In this document: in pieces, positions 14,091 through 28,011 of the stretch
How positions within the stretch are numbered: position 1 is the first letter of the stretch
How the letters are laid out: each line of letters opens with the position of its first letter
DNA from: Squalus acanthias
Lineage: Eukaryota
Direction of reading: 5' to 3'
Assembly (NCBI GenBank): GCA_030390025.1
Contig: CM059432.1
Span: 6,262,001-6,326,000 of the forward strand
DNA: 64,000 nt
Notes under the pieces: model-generated
Databases searched by the model: none
Told to the model about the DNA's origin: nothing
What the model saw: only the letters and a program-made list of their open reading frames with translations
Translations under genes and position numbers: made by a program

Positions 14091-14273
14091 GAATCTCCTC
14101 ACAAATGTCCCACGTGCGGAAGAACCTTTAATCAAAGAAGTAACCTGAAAACTCACCTTCTTACCCATACAGACATCAAGCCCTACAATTGCGAGCAATG
14201 CGGCAAAGTGTTCCGGCGTAACTGCGACCTACGGCGGCACAGCCTAACTCACACCCCCCGGGCGGAATATTGA
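14091..14273 (+). CDS. OSR2: OSR2 terminal coding exon (zinc fingers 4-5; five-finger OSR2A form)
   Basis: Acceptor gaacAG|GAA; ESPHKCPTCGRTFNQRSNLKTHLLTHTDIKPYNCEQCGKVFRRNCDLRRHSLTHTPRAEY then TGA at 14271-14273. Joined CDS is 942 nt, 313 aa. Confidence 0.96.
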   Translation, partial: ESPHKCPTCGRTFNQRSNLKTHLLTHTDIKPYNCEQCGKVFRRNCDLRRHSLTHTPRAEY

Positions 14274-14545
14274 GCGAAGCGACACAACCAAGCCACTCCG
14301 CCTTTACTTGAATTTGCTGTGAATAGTTGTACAAAAATAAATAAATAACCAACCAAAAAAAAAATGTACAGACAAAATAGCCACATTCATGTAATTCAAT
14401 TGTTTTATACATACTCCTGTTCATGTCAGGGCTTTGTGTACATAAAATGTTTTTTTTTTACCTGTTATATTTGGAATCAGCGGATGAGAGAAATTGGAAG
14501 CATGTGAATAATAACAAAATAAATGCCTTTTATCATTTCATCTTT
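14274..14545 (+). terminator. OSR2: OSR2 3' UTR with candidate polyadenylation signals
   Basis: AATAAA at 14336 and 14518, the latter followed by a U/GU-rich tract; another at 14641. Pumilio-type TGTACATA at 14437-14444. Confidence 0.6.
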
Positions 14546-17500
14546 AGTACTTTTTGTTTCTATTAGACACTGTCAAAATATATATATTTTTTTTAAACTG
14601 CGCCTACCCGGAAACATAAATACTTAAAAACAAAAAGCAGAATAAAATGACAATATTTATGTCAATGTTCAGAACCAAAGCACTTGTAAGGAGACTGAGC
14701 AGCTTATTCAGATTTTTTTTAATGAGTTTCGCACCAGTATTCCATCTCTTATCTTACAATGTGAGTGAATGATGCTGGGTAGGCTGATACATTCTTCTTA
14801 ATTATATTGATAAAGATGTCGAATTCTGAATCAGTTGCAACACCCTTTAAAAGGAAAGTCTAACAGTGCTAGACTACAAATCCTGACCCCAGTTATCACC
14901 GGCTGAAAAGGAGGTTTTTTTTTCTCATAGCCGCCCACGCCATTGGGTTTAAATCCCCACTCAGGCCATTCTGCGAGGTACTGAACGTGCCAGGAACATT
15001 ATTACTGGCTTTCCCGTTATGTCCCTCTCAAAAGTTTCAGGGGCTTGCTAATAAAGTGGGAGAGTGTAATTTGCTCCAACAGTCCAACCTCTGTACTGGA
15101 GGCTCAGGTTAATGAAAGGCGCTTTTTTCCCGTTGGTTTTACTATTGTAGATCACTGGGAAACCACAAACCCGAGCACCTGGACTAACAGCTCCGAACTT
15201 CATTGTGCCCGCCCCAAGGAAAAAATACCCACGATATCCACCCCCCCCCCCTCCCACCGCCACATTCACATTTAATGTGAGCCATTGATGGCTCCCCTAC
15301 TTTGTGATTAATCTTCATGCGGAGTACGAACTGACTCCCATTTTTACCGTCATTTTTTTTGGAACAAATCAGACATTTAAACGCATTTCAGTCATCAGAA
15401 CTTCCCAACTCAACATAGAAAGGGAATAGCGCTCCAGATTTAATACTAAGTTTACTGTGAGCAAGAGATCGTTTGCTCTGTTATACACACAAACTCAATG
15501 CCTAACATTTTTGCTTTAACTATTATATATATTTTTTTTACATAGAATTTATAGGCCGTTCGGCCCAACTGGTCCATGCTGACTCCACTGTCATGACCTC
15601 TCCCACCTTGCCCCCGATTCCCTCTATCCCCTTCGCCCCCATGTCTGCTTCTTTATATTTGATCTTCTTGGTGACATCCAACATACTATTTTTTTTCCTA
15701 CAGTTCATATAAGGACAGCAACTGTTGCGAGTGATTACAGTAAGATGGCTGCACATGAAAGGATTGAATGGAAAAATAACTTTCCCCAGGAGACAACCTC
15801 TTGCAACGACTCTAATATAAATATATTCGTCTTTGGTGATTTGATACCATAATTGGTTTGAAGACTAAAAGATTGAGTATAGCAAAAAGGTTCTTTATAC
15901 TTTGGAGCGTTCGAGTTGTCTATAAATCATTTCACATCGTGGAGCCAACACAACGGTTTAAATTACAGGCAGTACAGCATTCTAAAAATGCTGCGATTTC
16001 ATTAACCATTTGACGACTGTTGTTCTCCAATTAAAACAAATTATATTCAAACTATCAGGGAGTTACATAGAGAATAGGTGCAAGTGCATGTTACAACCGT
16101 CATCAGCATTTCATTCTTTTAACCCTATTTAGTCTAAAGGTAAACTAAGAAAACACCTGTTGTCTGGGTTGGGGGGAGGTGGGGAGGGGGTTAAGGCGGG
16201 GTTTGCAATGATCAAAAGATGCATTGTTGATAAGAGAGTTAGGGTGAACTCGCCCTTGGCCGGCGTGTTTGATTGGAAAAGCCGCTTTCTGCATTTCCTT
16301 TATATTTACCAGCACCCTGGTCTGGCCCGTACTGTCCTTTATATCTTCAGAAAGAATAGAAAGGTCTATTTTTCCCTATGTTTTCTGTGTTGCCCAAATG
16401 CTCTTCCCATTTCCACCCTGGAAAATTGGACAATAGTTAGGCTGAATAGGAAGGGTTTATTACCGTTAATGCAGCAGCCTTTTAGGCTATTACAAAATTC
16501 AGTCGATTGAATTAAATTGTTTTACACCGACAGTTGAATGATGCCGTTTTTGACAATTACCTGTCCCGGCGTTATTACAGCCACAGACAAGCATCATTGA
16601 TTCCATTCGTATCCCGTGAGTTCTCAATCTGAGTCCCCTGATTAAATCACGGTTATTCGCCATATTCGCTGAAGACAGCGCCTGTAATCTTTGTCTTTTG
16701 ATTATCTCTGCTCTTTTTTTGTATAATGTTGTTATATTCGCGCTATGATCGGTAGAACCCAAGTATGTATTTATATTTGCACGATTGAAATATTTGGTCT
16801 GTTAGAAAGGGCGGGTTTAAACATTTACAATATGAAAAAGACTCCACAATAAAAGGCATGAATGTCTTTGCGAGCACCACGCCACACTAACCGCATTACG
16901 ACGAGGCTTTTAACACCGTCATTTACATTCCGTAATTTATTTGTTCAACGCCCATTTTTTTTTGGATTAGTGAATTATTTCTTGACATATTTGGATGGTA
17001 GTAATTTTTTGACGACAACCTGGCCTCCTTAAATCTTTCCAAACCTCTATCGTCATCGGGCTGGAACGTCAGTGGGTTGGGTGGAGGGAAAGCAACGCTG
17101 GGATCAGTCGCAGGCAAGACTTGCAGGATACATTTGCTGTACTTTGGGTATATCCCAATATTACAAAAAAAAAGGGAGGACAAGCTTCACAGGAACTCGC
17201 ATGCCTATGCAAGTCAAGGATTACACATGTACACACACAGACATAAATACGTATAGTAACACATGCGTGTGTATACGAACACACACACACGCAAATGCAC
17301 AGACATGTATAGAAAGCAAAAAATAAGCTAGCGATGCAAAGAGTTTAGCAAAAAATCTTCCAATTTAAGCGGCAAGGGGAAATCGGTGTGTGAATCACAG
17401 TGCCCATGTTCTGAACCGCATCCAGCTGTTGTTTTAGTTTGCTAAGGTTTAAGAATGAAATATAGGACATTATACGTGTATGAAATGATGCACGACATAC

Positions 17501-20500
17501 ATGTATCTGCTTAGGGCTGATTGGTCAGTTATGTGCCACAGAATTATGACAGTAAAGGACTTGAATTTCTATACATCGAGGGACAAGATAAATAAAAAAC
17601 ACCAGCATTACTACAAACACATTGCTTGAGAAGACTTTTAGGAACAAAATCCACTTCTCTAGACTTCCGCTCGTTTTCTTGTATCATATGTATCCTAAAT
17701 CTTTCTCCGGCCAGAGGTCAAACGGAAAGGGAATAAATGATTTGAAAATGTAACCGTTTTAATGAATTGTCTGAATAAATTATATTTTATTACATTCCAA
17801 ATGCGCAGATCCTCCTTTTTCGCTTACCACTCGATGCAGTTTGCGTTGTAATGAATCGTTGTAGCTTAATAAGGACATTCAGTTAGAATATAAATTCCAA
17901 TCATAAATAATAATTTGGAATATATTTGACGAACGTATACCTTCAGAAAATGGGATATACAGTGATCGATTGAATAAAGGGTGTCCCAATGAACAACATA
18001 GTCTGAATTAAGAGGATTGGAAATTCACCTACTATCTTCTGAAAAATCCCAACAGTTTGGGTTGACCGGCGTATCTCAGTCGTCACTCCATCAACCCTAA
18101 GCAAGGAAGCCGAACTCAGTGTAAAGAGCCCGACACGTATAACTTCCGAATGTTGCATTATTAAATTCTTGCTTTAATGAGCAGATTCCTAAAACAGACT
18201 GACTGAATTCCGGGGGGGGGGGAGAGGAAAAAGAGCAGGTTTATATTTCTGAAATATTGATGGCATTGGCTCACGTTAGAGAGGTTCAGGCGGTCGAGTC
18301 ACCAGGCAGTAATTATGTCCCTTATTACCAATGCGACCAGTTTCATTGAATTAGGGCTGAGACAACGAGATCAGAAGGTTGTCATAAAGGCGCTGAGGTC
18401 GGCGCTGAAGTGAAGGGACAGAACCCTTTACACTTGAGACGCCGCGTATCTGCTGATCTGCAGCAGCAGAAACGGCTGGACGGCTTCAATTATGTCACAA
18501 AAGCGGAGGACCTTTCAAACTTTTCTCTGACGATTCACCCGCACAACCTTCGAGTTCTCCTGACTCACACTTTGTCTCAAAGTCGCAACACACCTTCAAT
18601 AGATGTATGCTGCATCTCTTCTGCATTTTACACAGGCAGAGAAACTCTTGCATTCGTGTCGTTTATAATTTGAAGTCCATTTAATGAAAGTGCAATGTGA
18701 TAAAACTCAATTCACAAGCGAGGCTGACCAGAAGATCTCCACATATACGAAGTAAACGGTGAATTGTGGTTTTACATAGGAATGGAGGGGACCGGAAAAT
18801 AAACCACTGTGGTCCATCTGGTCGGTCCCAATGTTAATCTCAGCAATGGAGATTATCGTATCACACCGCTAAACTGTCATGCTCAATTTAAAACAACAAC
18901 AGGACCTTTCCGGATGAAAACATATTTAGTATTAATGTTGTTCTTTAAAACTAAAAACGCTCAGGAAAATCATGGTGAATTAGCAACTGATGTCAAATTG
19001 TTGTGATGTGAAAATAAGATGCGTATTCCTCCTGGAATCCCTTTATTTTAGTGTGATCGGTGTGTATATATATATATATATATGCACACGGGTTTGATTA
19101 CCCCTCTTTCCGTGTTCTCCTTTGGGTAGAGATTTTGTCTGTACACTATCTGTAACGAAACTGTAAGTCTGCTGATAAAGACAATCCTTCCGAATTCCTT
19201 ACATAAAGTGCACAGAGAATATTTTCTTTCATGATTTCTTCTGTCGCATTCTTAACGGCATTAATTGGAGATGATGCATTTTCTACATTATTTAATTTTC
19301 CCTTAAAAAAGGCCCCCAAGGAAATATATGGTTGTGCCATAAATTCAATCCCCAATATGTCAACAAACACTTTAAAAGGACATTGTCTTGGGCAAGGAAG
19401 CACAGAATAGTCTAAACAAGTGAAAGTGACTATATCATAAACAGCAGACCTTTTCAACCTCTATCGCATCAAGGTATGTCATTATAATTCATGTGCGATT
19501 TTAAATCACCCTCATCTCCCGGAGGCTTCAGGGGTAAGAATTCCTATGTATACTAAAATCATAAACGTATTCTTTATAAATGGGGTTGCTGCTTAGTTAC
19601 AAGTAGAGCACAAGTAACACATGGATGCGAACCCTAGACTTCATTGGGTTGCCAAGGTCAATGCTTTGCGATTGTATTATTAATGGGAAATTACTATGTT
19701 TGGATTGTAAATATAATCCCTACATTACGAAACTAGATTAAAATGTAATCATCGCGGGGTAACAATTCCACTGGTTGTGCAGTAACAGTTCTGAATATCT
19801 TGGTAATTTATACTGTTGGGTATTTCTGCCCCAATCTTCCGGCAGGAATTAACGATTTCCCTCGGAATACCGAACAGAGAAAAGTTCCGGAAGGTGTCGC
19901 TTCACCAAGCGACCAGAGGAGTTGTTGCACTTATGCTATTAAAGCGAAATATAAGTGTTTAGGAAATTCAGGCGAGTTAATTGAAGACTACACTAGCGAT
20001 GAATTGGCGAAATAAATCATGCATAACCCATAAACCGTGATGGACTTTTTAACGGAGTTTCCAAATACGATTCGTCAGATTTTATCATTGTTTTGATAGA
20101 TTGTTCCCTCTGTCAGTACCCCTCTGAGCAGCAGTTTTTAAAAAAAAGTTAAAAAGAAATAAAAAATTTGAGCTCCTAATATATATTTTTCCTCCGATGT
20201 TTTCTTCCAATAATTATTGCCACCGTCTCTATCTCATTATTGTGGTTCTGATTGCTATTTGCCCAGTCGAAGTAAAGGGGGAAAAAAAACTTCAATCAAA
20301 GATCAGATCAAAGCAAATGATCACACTCCAAAATATCAATTCAACTTTGAAATCCCAACCTAAATATAAGTCTATCTTGGAATACAAGTCTTGGGTTTAT
20401 TTAATCTAACTATATTACTGCTATTAGTTATTGATATTGATTAAGGGGAAAAAACACAACATTAGATTATGTCCAATTAATTAGTGCTGTCTCGGGGGTT

Positions 20501-21902
20501 GATTATCATTTTGAACTAGTTGAAAAAATATATACAGTATTACTGTAAAAAACCTTGAGATATAGATTCCGATTTGAGCCCATTTCCTGCCCTGGCTGCA
20601 AGCATTTCACGAAACCCTCCCAGTTTTGTTATTTGTAGCCACAGAGTTTGCGAAAAGTATTCAATTGGCCACAGTTCTCTCTTCCAATTTTCCCTCAATG
20701 TTTTGAGATGAATTTGCAATAGCTAAAATACTGGATTAGAGAAGTGAAGCTAATATATAAGGAAGCCTAGATCAAAGAGGAACCGAGAAGAGATGAACAC
20801 ATCGGAGCTGACTGCTCGCTTTTAATCATAACATCATTATCCAGAAATTGTTAATAAAATGCCTCTCCCTGTACGGTACCTCTGAACAAACGTGCACCGT
20901 TTGTGGCGAGGTAGGATTTCAGCTTATTTATTCTGAAATTAATCAGTGGTCGCATTAATCTTAACAGTGACAATGTCCTGTTCCAATTTTATTCAATATA
21001 GCGGTGTGCGGGCTGTTAATTGTGTTAAACTGTGTGCTGCCAGCCGCTTGCTATTTTTTGAGCCACAGCCGGTGAGACTCCCTATTATTTGTGTCCGAAA
21101 AGGCAGATTGCTGTATCTCCTCGACAAACGTGCAGGCGGAGGGCTCGACCGTTTAATATAGTTTCAAACCCCTTTTATTTTTTTGCATTTGACTGAAGCG
21201 GGGAATGTGCAAACTGAGCATTGGACCCTGATCAAGAGCAGCCAAGTGCCAAAATAATTCAGCCTCACACCCTGTTAACCAATTCACCTTCGGAAGAGGG
21301 TGCGAGTAAAACTTGCTAAAATGCAAATTGCAGCCTTGAGTCAAAGCGAGAGACGCCTCCCCTTTCCCAGTTGTGTCATCTTGGTGCTTTCCAAAGAGGG
21401 CGTCACAAGGCTGTTGTGTTCTCCGATTTGGCCGGGGGTTGCAGAAATTGGAGAACAGGTTGGGCGCTGGCTGGAGATGATGCCTGAAACATGATTGTGA
21501 GAGACTGTGCAGAGCCGGTGTACTGACCACTTCTCAGCCTGAGCTGAATCTTATCCGGCTGCACAGTTGTGAGTGAAATCCATGTTGAGATGTCACTCAA
21601 TGTCCTATCCTCATCAGACTGGCCCCATCACCATCATTTAGCTGCCAGATAGCCACCACCGTCAGCGAAAGGGCCAACTGGACTTTCAGGGTTTCCTCTC
21701 TCTCTCTCTCTCTATCACGTCGTTTGTTTCTGGGAAACTAACACTTGCTTATTTCTCTCTTAGAAATAAATGGACGGGGCCAACCAACCAGAACCAGGTT
21801 GTAGACCCACATTTTCAAGACACTTCACTAGCTCTGAGTTACTGAAAGCAACGTTCTGCCCTTGTTGGTCTCATTTGAAATAAGCTTTGAAAGCCAATTA
21901 TC

Positions 21903-22000
21903 CTAGAATCATAGAAATTTACGGCACAGAAGGAGGCCATTCGGCCCATCATATCTGTGCCGGCCGAATCCCACTTTCCAGCTCTTGGTCCGCAGCGCTT
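21903..22000 (-). mobile_element. CR1 3' tail fragment
   Basis: tagaatcatagaa tail repeat plus ggcacagaaggaggccattcggccc stem motif. Confidence 0.65.
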
Positions 22001-22564
22001 CAAGTACTTTGGAGATGTGCGTAAGCACCAGCGTAACTTAAAACGTAAAAGAAAACGTGAGGTTTGACCCACGTTTTATTATTTCCCCCTTTTCAATCTA
22101 AAAGGGGCAACGCCGATTCGGCAAGAATTAGAGTTCAGTCGTGAAACGCGCTCATATCCAACGAGACAAGTTGATTTGGGGCATTCGGAGCCGATCAGCG
22201 CTCTCTCCATCGAAACCATCCTTTCAGGAATTTACAACACATTTCAGATTCATGCGGGAGATCTCCACAATTTCCCCAAACGCCTGCTAAATACCGAAAA
22301 ATCACACAAAATCCATCTAAGCATAGTCCTTCTCTTAATAACAAACATTGCCCGCTTTGATTCAACAACTTCACAGTCACAAAACCTACCTAACTTCAAT
22401 AAAAATCATAATTTTTGATATCAAAAATCACGTTCACCAGTTGCATACAGTCAGGATAGGTCTGAGTCTGAGGCCGCATTTTATAAATTGTTGCACGAGG
22501 GTTTCGCCGTCGAGATATGAAACCAATATTAAACTTCCTGCACGTGTCACAGCTTCCTTTTCAG

Positions 22565-23078
22565 GTGTGAGCTGTGGCTCAGTGGGTAGCACCCTCGCCT
22601 CTGAGTCAGAAGGTTGTGGATTCAAATCCCACTCCAGGGACTTGAGCACAAAAATCGAGGCTGACACTCCAGTGCATTGCTGAGAGAGCGCTGCACTGTC
22701 AGAGGTGCCGTTTTTCCGATGAGAGGTTAGAAGGACATAAAAGATATCATGGCACTATTTCGATAGAAAAGCAGGGGAGATCTCCGTGCCTTGACCAATA
22801 TTAATCCCTCAATCAACATCACTAAAAACAGATTATCTGGTCATTATTACGTTTCCTGAGTTTTTCCAGCGTTTTCTGTTGTTATTTCGGATTTCCAGCA
22901 TCAGCAGTATTTTGCTACATTATTACATTGCTGTTTGTGGGAGCTTGCTGTGTGCAAATTGACTGCTGTGTTTCCTACATTACAACAGTGACTACACTTC
23001 AAAAGTACTTTTGTCAAGGATTTGGGGCGTCCTGGGGTCGTGAAAGGTGCTATATAAATGCAAGTCTTTCTTCTTTCT
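22565..23078 (+). mobile_element. tRNA-derived Deu-type SINE (SacSINE1-like) with a small Penelope-derived insert
   Basis: A box TGGCTCAGTGG, B box GGATTCAAATCC, (TCTT)n tail. About 70 bp insert at ~22853-22918 between duplicated CATTATTAC. Confidence 0.8.
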
Positions 23079-23214
23079 TACAATGTGAAAAGTATAAGCT
23101 ATCAAATTTTCACAAGTCACTTGCGGGCCACCTGTACCAGTGGAAGCCTGACTCTCTGATAGAACCGAACCTCCCCACCCCACTCAGCTATACCAAGGTT
23201 AATGTCATAGAGAT

Positions 23215-23370
23215 TTAACATAGGGAGAAGGGAATCGAGGGTTATGCTGATAGATTTAGATGAGGAAAGACGGGAGGAGGCTCGAGTGGAGCATAAACGC
23301 CGGCAGGGACTGGTTGGGCCGAATGGCCTGTTTCTGTGCCGTATATCCGATGTAATCCTATGTCATCCTT
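23215..23370 (+). mobile_element. CR1 3' fragment
   Basis: ...gagcataaacgccggcagggactggttgggccgaatggcctgtttctgtg, same 3' UTR as 24415 and 37590. Confidence 0.7.
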
Positions 23371-24414
23371 TGCTGATTCTATTTCTGACCGGCCCAGGGG
23401 TTTCTACTGTCTGATGCTGTAACTATTGGACGGAAGCGCTTTGGATTTGAACTCAATTTGCCACTCGGATCAAACGCGCCTGGTGCTTATTAGAATCGGG
23501 GGCCAAATTACAGCGGAATTTCATTTCTCCTGGAATCACTGCAGCGACAAATTGAATGACATTGAGCCATGTTGGGAACAAAATCTGCTTTAAAGCTGGG
23601 GTAATTCTGGTAAATGGTCACATTAAATCTACCCACTGGAGGCGAGAATACCATCAAAGTTCGTCAGAAAAGTCTGCTTTATACAAATCGACGTGTGTGA
23701 CAGTTTAACCGGCTGTAAAAGGTGCGAAGGATGGAAAAAGGCAAAGCTCCAGGCGGCCCACTTGACTATTATTCACACGCCGAGCAAAGAAGGCTTGTTT
23801 CAAAGACAACTCTATCCTTTCAAAAACATTTTTATCCCAGGGCGTTTGAAAGTTGTATCGTAAAACATACCTCATTGGCCACAGATACTGCGACCTGAGA
23901 GTTTATGCCAGAAGAGCCACAATGAAGTTAATGTCTTCGCAATGTCTGAATTGAAATGCGGCTCTTGTACCGGGGAGGGGATGGTGGAGGGACTGGATGG
24001 TGACTCTTGGAGCTTGTTTGATTCCAGTGGGGGCCCGCAGTCGCGATGCACCCACGCTATGTTCCGGATGAGGGTTAACTAGTACCTGCGGGCCATCATT
24101 TGCTGCTTAACCGAGGGTTGATGTAGTTCTACAATACACTATAACCTGCCGAAACAGCACATTGAACTCATGGTCCAAATACATTACCTGCAGACTGTGG
24201 TGATGGGAGTTCTGGCGCGGTCTCGCCCCACTGTTTGTAACTAAAATCACCCCATGTGGCCACTTTCTCGGCGGCCTGTCATCCACGTTATGAGTTATAT
24301 TTCAGCACGTGTCATCTTTCAGAGGAAAATAAAAGGGGGATCTTCCAAGTATTAAAGGACCCAAGTCATTTAAGTCGTCGGCCATTTGAGGGGGAAACCT
24401 GTAAAATACATTAA

Positions 24415-24685
24415 ATAGGATTACATCGAACTTACAACCCAGAACCAGGCCATTCGGCCCAACTGGTCCATGCCGGTGTTTATGCTCCTCCCCCACCCCT
24501 CTTCATCTCACCCTATCAGCATATCCTTCTATTCCTTTCCCCCTCATGTACTTAGCGAGTTTCCCCTTAAATGCATCTGTGCTATTCGCCACAACCACCC
24601 CCTGTGGTAGCGAGTTCCACATTCTCACCACTCTCTGGGTAAAGAAGTTTCTCCTGAATTCCCTATTGGATTTATTAGTGACTAT
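24415..24685 (-). mobile_element. CR1 3' fragment
   Basis: Reverse strand encodes FFTQRVVRMWNSLP and carries the CR1 3' UTR stem. Confidence 0.8.
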
Positions 24686-25344
24686 TTTAAAAATGCAATG
24701 CTATTGGAAGTCCACCCAACTATTTACAACCCCAGAAATTAACACGAGGCAATTTCAGCTGCTTTTGGCAGAAAATTGAACAGAAAAGTGAAGCCAAATG
24801 ATCTTTAGTTCTTATTTCATTATTTTTTTGGAATTTGGGGTTTGCGCTCACCAAAGCAGCCCTAAAGCTGTTTTGACAAGGCCCGGGTGATAACAATATA
24901 GTCACCAGAGCTGCAGCTGCTCTTTTTTTTAACGTATTCTGTCAAAAAATAAAATGATCTGTCTTCCACTTAAAGCGGCCAGGGTTGAAAAGCGTCCCAG
25001 AGCCGTAGAATTCATTTTTGGTCAACAACTTTTCATTTATATAATCAACAGACTGCGTATTTTGTATAACACAGGATTAAAAACATAACGCTGAGGACCG
25101 GAAAAGGACCACGGTCTACCAAGACTGCTCCTTTGCCAGCCCTGTGCATAATTACCTCAATCGTGGACTACCTACTCCCTGCCCGAGATCTCGAGTGACT
25201 TCCGGAACCCATGTAAATCAAACAGATCTATTAATGTTTCATAGCTTTTAATCACCTTTCTCAATTGGCATTTGTCCAGTAGCATTGACTCCACAAACTA
25301 CATTTCTGAACTGTAATATATATATATATTTTAAAGTTTCTAGA

Positions 25345-26090
25345 TTTTTTTACTAGAATGGTACCAGGGGTGAAGAGTTTCAGTGGAGAGACAAGAGAAG
25401 CTTAGATTGTTCTCCTTAGAGCAGGGAAGGTTAAGGGGAGATTTAATAGAGGTGTTCAAAATTATGAGGGGTTTTGATAGAGTACATAGGGAGAAACTGT
25501 TTTCAATAAGACCATGGCTGATCTTCGACCTCAACTCCACTTTCCCGTCCTATCCCCATATCCCTTGATTCCCTTAGTGGCCAAAAATCTATCGATCTCT
25601 GTCTTGAATATACTCAACGACTGAGCCTTCACAGCTCTCTGGGGTAGCGAATTCCAAAGAGTCACCAGCCTCCAAGTGAAGAAATTTCTCCTCATCTCGG
25701 TCCTTATCCTGAGGCTGTGCCCCCTAGTTCTAGACTCTCCATGCAGGGGAAACAGCCTCTCAGCATCTACCCTGTCCAGTCCTCTTAAGAATTTTATACG
25801 TTTCATTCTTCTAAGCTCCTTTAAAATAATTGGCAAAAAACCAGGAGCGATGAGGAGACATTTTTATGCAGCGAGTTATGATCTGGAATGCATTGCCTGA
25901 AAGGTGGAAGCAGATTCAGTTGTAATTTTCAAAATGGAATTGGATCTCTACTTATAAAGGAAACATTAGCAGGGCTGTGGGGAAAGAGCAGGGGGAGTGG
26001 GACTAATTGAATTAGCTCTTTCAGAGAGCCGGCACAGGCAGGAGGCGCCGAATGGCCTCCTTCTGTGCTGTATGATTCTATGATTCTGGT
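25345..26090 (+). mobile_element. CR1 3' fragment with a nested opposite-strand CR1 fragment (~25505-25815)
   Basis: + strand LFSLEQGRLRGDLIEVFKIM; - strand ESRTRGHSLRI...LWNSLPQRAV; ATTCTATG tail at ~26075. Confidence 0.8.
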
Positions 26091-27233
26091 ATCTAATTAT
26101 TATGAGATGGGGGTTGAGAAACAGTCTGTGGCTGAGACCCGCCACTCTCAGCGCTGTGGGGCTTGTCTTCCAAACCTTAAACCGCAAAACTAAGAGAAAC
26201 GACAGGGACTCTCTTTCTTGTCTCTTTCAGTGTGTGGTGCACCAAATCGGGACTGAGATACCTTTCTCTCCACCCTACTCCGACATGTTTCTTTTTTGTC
26301 GCAAAATATTTCTGAACAAAATTCGCACATGCTCTAAGTAAACATGGTCGGTAGCTTAATGTGCTCCAAATATCATTGCCGAAGACTACCTTTTCACCAG
26401 GTACACCAAGGGCATATTCGGACGACTCTAAGGAGTATCTGACAGCCCGAAAGGATCGAGAGCTTTCATCTGATAAGCATTAGCACTAACAGTGAAGAGC
26501 GAGAATTTCCAAGTTACTTCCAAGGTGTATTATTGAGAACGGGCCTTAGGGAGATTCTTTGTACAACAATGAACAATGCACATTTAAGATACTTGTGAGA
26601 TTAAAGATCAGTCGAGGTCAAATAAATACTCCTCAGAGATTAAACGCCGTGTCGATCAAACAGCTGCAGCAGCAAAATAAAATGACGGGTCTCACCGACA
26701 CCGACATCAGGAAGGCAAGTATTATTGGGCTGGGTCCTGGCATTAATGCACTTATCATTTGCGCCATATACCAATCAGCTACTGCGGCCGATGCTGTTTA
26801 GTTACTCTGCTAGATGTTCACTCTGAGGAATATCTATGTGGGCTTCTATTATTGTCCTAAATGGAGATTTTGACAAGCAGCATGTGTTAAGTTTTGCTGG
26901 CAAATGTGTCGGATAACTGGCAACATAAAGCCTAATCGATGGGTAAAGCTACAGCGAGGACGATTCCAGGGCACAAGCCGACCAAATCCCCAATCGGGTC
27001 TCCGGATACAATGAATAAAACTTCCCACTGTCTCTGGCCTTCACCAGCTCAACAGAAATTGATCCCAGAATTGCTCTATTTTACTAAGGAATGGTGCACA
27101 AAGGCAACTCCAAGCGATTAGCTCTCGGGTTTACTGCGTGCCTGGAGAGCCGATTGACATTGGCACTCCACAATCACACTCAGTCTACGATTCGGAAGGT
27201 GTTTCTCAGCTCAGCTCACATTCCCTGGCTTCT

Positions 27234-27697
27234 GTGTCAGCTGTGGCACATTGGGTAGCACACTCGCCTTTGAGTCAGAAGGTTGTGGGTCCCACTCCAG
27301 GGACTTGAGCACATAAAGCTAGGCTGACACTCCAGTGCAGTGCTGAGGGAGTGCTGCACTGTCGGAGGTGCCGTCTTTCGGATGAGACGTTAAACCGAGG
27401 CCCCGTCTGCTCTCTCAGGTGGACGTAAAAGATCCCACGGGCACTATTTCGAAGAAGAGTAAGGGAGTTCTCCCCGGTGTCCTGGCCAATATTTATCCCT
27501 CAACCAACATAACAAAAACAGATTATCTGGTCATTATCACATTGCTGCTTGTGGGAGCTTGCTGTGTGCAAATTGGCTGCCTCGTTTCCCACATTACAAC
27601 AATGACTACACTCCAAAAGTACTTAGTTGGCTGTAAAGCACTTTGAGATGTCCGGTGGTCATGAAAGGTGCGATATAAATGCAAGTCTTTCTTTCTT
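27234..27697 (+). mobile_element. Full-length tRNA-derived Deu-type SINE
   Basis: tRNA head, central gtgctgcactgtcggaggtgccgtctttcggatgagacgttaaaccgaggcccc domain, (TCTT)n tail; homologous to 22565-23078. Confidence 0.85.
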
Positions 27698-28011
27698 GAC
27701 GCTGGCTGAGTTCCTATCGCAATGTTCAGCATTGAGGCAACTCCAGACTGGGCGCGGGAATTTCACCAAACTGGCCGGGGTTGCGCTTCTGGTGCGAAAC
27801 TATCCAGAATTGGCATTTGAATCTGCACCTAGATTTTGAAAATGACAACCGCTGTAAACCAATGGAATGATTAGCTCAACGCAGACCAATCCCACTCCTC
27901 CCCGCCTCGCCAACATATGGCTCCCAACAATAAATTTACACTGGGTGCATTTAACACATTGGCGGTGATGTTTCACTGCGAATCGACTCCCCAACCGACT
28001 TGGAACTGAAA

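Noticed and set aside
22565..27300. tRNA genes at the A/B-box motifs
   Set aside because: They are SINE heads continuing into SINE bodies and tails, with no complete cloverleaf.
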